A stretch of 64,000 nucleotides of DNA. Origin: Haloferacaceae archaeon B1-Br10_E2g22 (GTDB lineage: Archaea; Halobacteriota; Halobacteria; Halobacteriales; Haloferacaceae). The translations under genes and the position numbers were made by a program. Location of the stretch: NCBI GenBank assembly GCA_001563795.1, contig LKML01000001.1, forward strand, positions 5,953 through 69,952, read 5' to 3'. Within the stretch, counting starts at the first letter, position 1; each line of letters opens with the position of its first letter. Shown here piece after piece: positions 61,079 through 64,000 of this stretch. Under the pieces are notes generated by a model that worked only from the letters and a program-made list of their open reading frames with translations, was not told where the DNA came from and did not search any database.

Positions 61079-61567
61079 ATGAACTGTCCAGACTGCAATA
61101 ACGACCGCACACGCGTCCTTGATACCGGACCGAATGCAGATGGTGATGCTGTGCGGCGGCGACGTGAATGTCAGCGTTGTTCATTCCGTTTTACTACATA
61201 TGAGCGACCAGAATGGGACTCACTCCAGGTAAAAAAGCGGGACGAAAATATCGAACCATACGATCAGCAGAAACTCCGCAACGGTATCATTCGAGCCGTA
61301 GAAAAACGGCCGATAACAGACGAACAAGTCGCAGAACTACTGGAAACACTCGAGACAGAGCTACGAGACAGAGACGAACGAATCGTCGCATCAAGTCTGA
61401 TTGGAGACCTCGTCTCTGAGAACCTCCGCACGCTCGATAAGATTGCCTACATTCGATTTGTCTCTGTTTACAAAGCATTCTCTGAGCCGCAGGAATTCCT
61501 GAAAGAACTTGATGCAGTCTTGGATGCAGAACTCGACGATTTCGAAGCCCCGAACGACTCACAATGA
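61079..61567 (+). CDS. nrdR: Transcriptional repressor NrdR
   Basis: MNCPDC..TRVLDT..VRRRRECQRC..RFTTYER zinc ribbon, ATP cone VKKRD..EPYDQQKL, AYIRFVSVY. Confidence 0.96.
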   Translation: MNCPDCNNDRTRVLDTGPNADGDAVRRRRECQRCSFRFTTYERPEWDSLQVKKRDENIEPYDQQKLRNGIIRAVEKRPITDEQVAELLETLETELRDRDERIVASSLIGDLVSENLRTLDKIAYIRFVSVYKAFSEPQEFLKELDAVLDAELDDFEAPNDSQ

Positions 61568-61743
61568 CACAAACACGCGCAGATCAAACGGATGTTCGGT
61601 CAATCCTCGACCGAGCAAGCATAGATTACAAACAGTCGTACAGAAAGCCACACAGTCGCGTTCGAGCGCACCGAATCATGAACGACGGAAACAGAAACCA
61701 ACCAACAGCGAACGTTTTCTCTGGGGTACGTGCCAATGACTGA
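61564..61743 (+). pseudogene. 59-codon ORF coupled to nrdR, possibly the 5' remnant of a former nrdA
   Basis: ATGA overlap with nrdR stop; MTQTRADQTDVRSILDRAS then basic, non-halophilic-looking sequence; stop overlaps nrdB start. Confidence 0.35.
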
Positions 61744-62746
61744 AAACAAAACTATCAGCGGAGATACAGAGACTGACATCTTCTCGGAACGAACACAGCT
61801 AAAACCGTATGAGTATAGCGAGTTCCTGGAGTACACTGATGCGATACGGAACAGTTACTGGGTTCACACGGAGTTCAACTTCTCTGGGGATGTTCAAGAC
61901 TACAAGGTCAACACAACTCCTGCCGAAAAGACTGTTATCAAGCGGACTATGCTGGCGATCGCACAGATCGAAGTGCAGGTAAAAACGTTCTGGTCAGATA
62001 TCTACGAACAGATGCCGAAAGCAGAAGTCGGCAGTGTCGGTATGACTTTCGCAGAGAGTGAAGTCCGACATATGGACGCCTACAGTCACCTCCTCGATGT
62101 GTTGGGGATCACTGATGACTTTGAGCAAGTGACTGAAGTGCCGGCTGTGAAAAATAGGATCGAATATCTTGATGAGTGTCTGGCGAATGCAGATAGTGAA
62201 CATAAAGATGAGTATGTGATGAGCATCCTTCTGTTTAGTACGTTCGTCGAACACGTCTCGCTGTTTAGTCAGTTTTTGGTAATGACAAGCTTCGACAAAT
62301 ACGAAAAGAAATTCAAGGGGATCTCTAATGCAGTCGAAGCAACGAGTAAAGAAGAACAGATCCACGGCTTGTTCGGTGTAGAACTCATCGATGCGATCAA
62401 GAAGGAAAACCCTGAGCTGTTCGACGAGGAGTTTGAAGCTGAAATCCAAGACGCATGCCAGCAGGCATTCGAAGCAGAGATGGATATTCTCGACTGGATC
62501 TTCGAAGAAGGTGAACTCGAGTTTCTCCCACGAGAGTGCGTTGATGAGTTCCTCAAAGACCGGTTCAACCAGAGTCTGGAGAATGTCGATGTTGACCCTC
62601 TGTTCGAGACAGATGAGGAGTTAGTTGAGGAGACTCGCTGGTTCGATGAGGATATCATGATGACAAAGGACAACGACTTCTTCAGCAAACGATCGACCAC
62701 ATACAACAAACACACCCAGAGTGTTACCGCCGAGGAGATGTTCTAA
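61736..62746 (+). CDS. nrdB: Class I ribonucleotide reductase beta subunit, class Id/NrdBi-like
   Basis: KPYEY, W..TE, AQIEVQVK, ESEVRHMDAY, FVEH..LFSQF, KEEQIH, DFFSKRSTTY. Confidence 0.95.
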   Translation: MTENKTISGDTETDIFSERTQLKPYEYSEFLEYTDAIRNSYWVHTEFNFSGDVQDYKVNTTPAEKTVIKRTMLAIAQIEVQVKTFWSDIYEQMPKAEVGSVGMTFAESEVRHMDAYSHLLDVLGITDDFEQVTEVPAVKNRIEYLDECLANADSEHKDEYVMSILLFSTFVEHVSLFSQFLVMTSFDKYEKKFKGISNAVEATSKEEQIHGLFGVELIDAIKKENPELFDEEFEAEIQDACQQAFEAEMDILDWIFEEGELEFLPRECVDEFLKDRFNQSLENVDVDPLFETDEELVEETRWFDEDIMMTKDNDFFSKRSTTYNKHTQSVTAEEMF

Positions 62747-62748
62747 CA

Positions 62749-64000
62749 ATGGCACAAGCAGAACTCACACAACTCAGAGAACAGCACAAAGAACCCTTCT
62801 ACTGGTTGAACGAAGACAGCAAACAGTTCCTCAAAGAAGGATACCTGGTCGAAGGGGTCGAACCGAAAGAAAGGATCAGGCAGATAGCAGAGAACGCCGA
62901 AGGGATCCTGGATGAAGAGGGGTTCGCGGACAGGTTCTACGACTACATGGGCAGAGGATTCTACAGTCTCGCAAGCCCAGTCTGGGCGAACTTTGGACTG
63001 GATCGAGGCCTCCCTATCAGCTGTTTCGGCAGCTACATGGAAGACAACATGGAGAGTATTCTCTACACCCATGCCGAAGTGGGTGAAATGACCAAGTTGG
63101 GCGGAGGCACAAGCGGATACTTCGGTGAAATACGGCCAAGAGGCAGCCCAATAACGAACAACGGCAAGAGCAATGGAAGCTATAGTTTCACAGAACTGTT
63201 CGACACTGCAATCAATGTGGTGAGTCAGGGTGAAACTCGAAGAGGTCAGTTTGCAGGATATATCGATGTTGAACATGATGACCTCGAAGAGTGGCTCAAC
63301 ATCAAGACCGAGGGTGATCCGATACAGGATATTTTCTACGGTGTCATCATCGGTGATGAGTGGTTCCAGGAGATGATCAACGGTGACAAGGAAAAAAGAG
63401 GAAAGTGGGCAAAGATCATTGAGACACGGATCAATATCGGCGTCCCCTATATCATCTTCAGAGACAATATGAATGAGGGCAAGCCACAGGTCTACAAGGA
63501 CAAGGACTACGAAATAAATGCATCCAACCTGTGTACTGAGATAGCACTACCGGCCACACCACAAGAGAGTTTCGTCTGCTGTCTCTCGAGTCTGAATGCG
63601 CTTCACTATGATGAGTGGAAGGACACGGATGCAGTTGAAACGCTGACACGCTTCCTTGATGCCGTGATGGAGGAATTTATCCAGAAAGCAGAAGGTACGC
63701 AGTTTATGGAACGGGCTGTGCGGTTTGCGAAAAGACACAGAGCAATAGGAATCGGTGTCCTCGGTTGGCACAGTTACCTCCAGAACAACATGATCCCGTT
63801 CGACAGCATGGAGGCAATGCAGAAAAACGAAGAGATATTCCGGACGATTAGAGACAAAAGTTACACAGCGAGCCAAGCGCTTGCCGATGAGTTCGGTGAA
63901 CCAGAGGTACTTGAAGGATATGGCAGACGGAATACGACGACGATGAGTGTGGCTCCGACGAAATCAAGCAGTGTCATTCTGGGCCAAGTCAGTCCGAGCA
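62749..64000 (+). CDS. nrdA: Class I ribonucleotide reductase alpha subunit, short form without ATP cone (3' partial, not in ORF track)
   Basis: Manual translation: YWLNEDS, SLASPVWANFG..RGLPISCF, GGGTS, SQGETRRG, ASNLCTEI, FVCCLSSLN, IGIGVLGWH, VAPTKSSS; open to the window edge. Confidence 0.95.
   Translation, partial: MAQAELTQLREQHKEPFYWLNEDSKQFLKEGYLVEGVEPKERIRQIAENAEGILDEEGFADRFYDYMGRGFYSLASPVWANFGLDRGLPISCFGSYMEDNMESILYTHAEVGEMTKLGGGTSGYFGEIRPRGSPITNNGKSNGSYSFTELFDTAINVVSQGETRRGQFAGYIDVEHDDLEEWLNIKTEGDPIQDIFYGVIIGDEWFQEMINGDKEKRGKWAKIIETRINIGVPYIIFRDNMNEGKPQVYKDKDYEINASNLCTEIALPATPQESFVCCLSSLNALHYDEWKDTDAVETLTRFLDAVMEEFIQKAEGTQFMERAVRFAKRHRAIGIGVLGWHSYLQNNMIPFDSMEAMQKNEEIFRTIRDKSYTASQALADEFGEPEVLEGYGRRNTTTMSVAPTKSSSVILGQVSPS

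Noticed and set aside
1-64000. CRISPR array, rRNA, IS element or provirus
   Set aside because: No regularly spaced repeats, rRNA-like segments, transposase, integrase or capsid motifs were seen

Overview
Chromosomal window from an extremely halophilic archaeon (class Halobacteria: acidic proteome, about 60% GC by eye, archaeal informational genes, TATA-type promoters). About 59 kb is housekeeping backbone: hisS 3' end, trkH, glpK, sufCBD, intein-free polB, mre11-rad50, panA, wtpABC, nth, dph2, a halocyanin/cytochrome b6/subunit IV cluster with no Rieske gene, egsA, a DtxR-family regulator, ftsZ-secE-spt5, dtdA, aroE, pabBAC, initiator tRNA-Met, rpl44e-rps27e-aIF2alpha-nop10-PAC2, thiolase/DUF35, cmk-cbf5 and tRNA-Pro(GGG). 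After tRNA-Pro the GC content falls to about 48-50% in the nrd genes. This part carries a bacterial-type nrdR, a possible relic of an earlier nrdA, and an nrdB-nrdA pair with the signatures of the dimanganese, superoxide-activated class Id ribonucleotide reductase, without ATP cones. Other points of interest are an RNase Z-type tRNA-binding arm fused to DtdA, several apparent pseudo-enzymes, three small ORFs missing from the ORF track and a strong excess of the palindrome CTCGAG. No CRISPR array, rRNA, transposase or integrase was seen. All calls come from reading motifs by eye; no searches were run.
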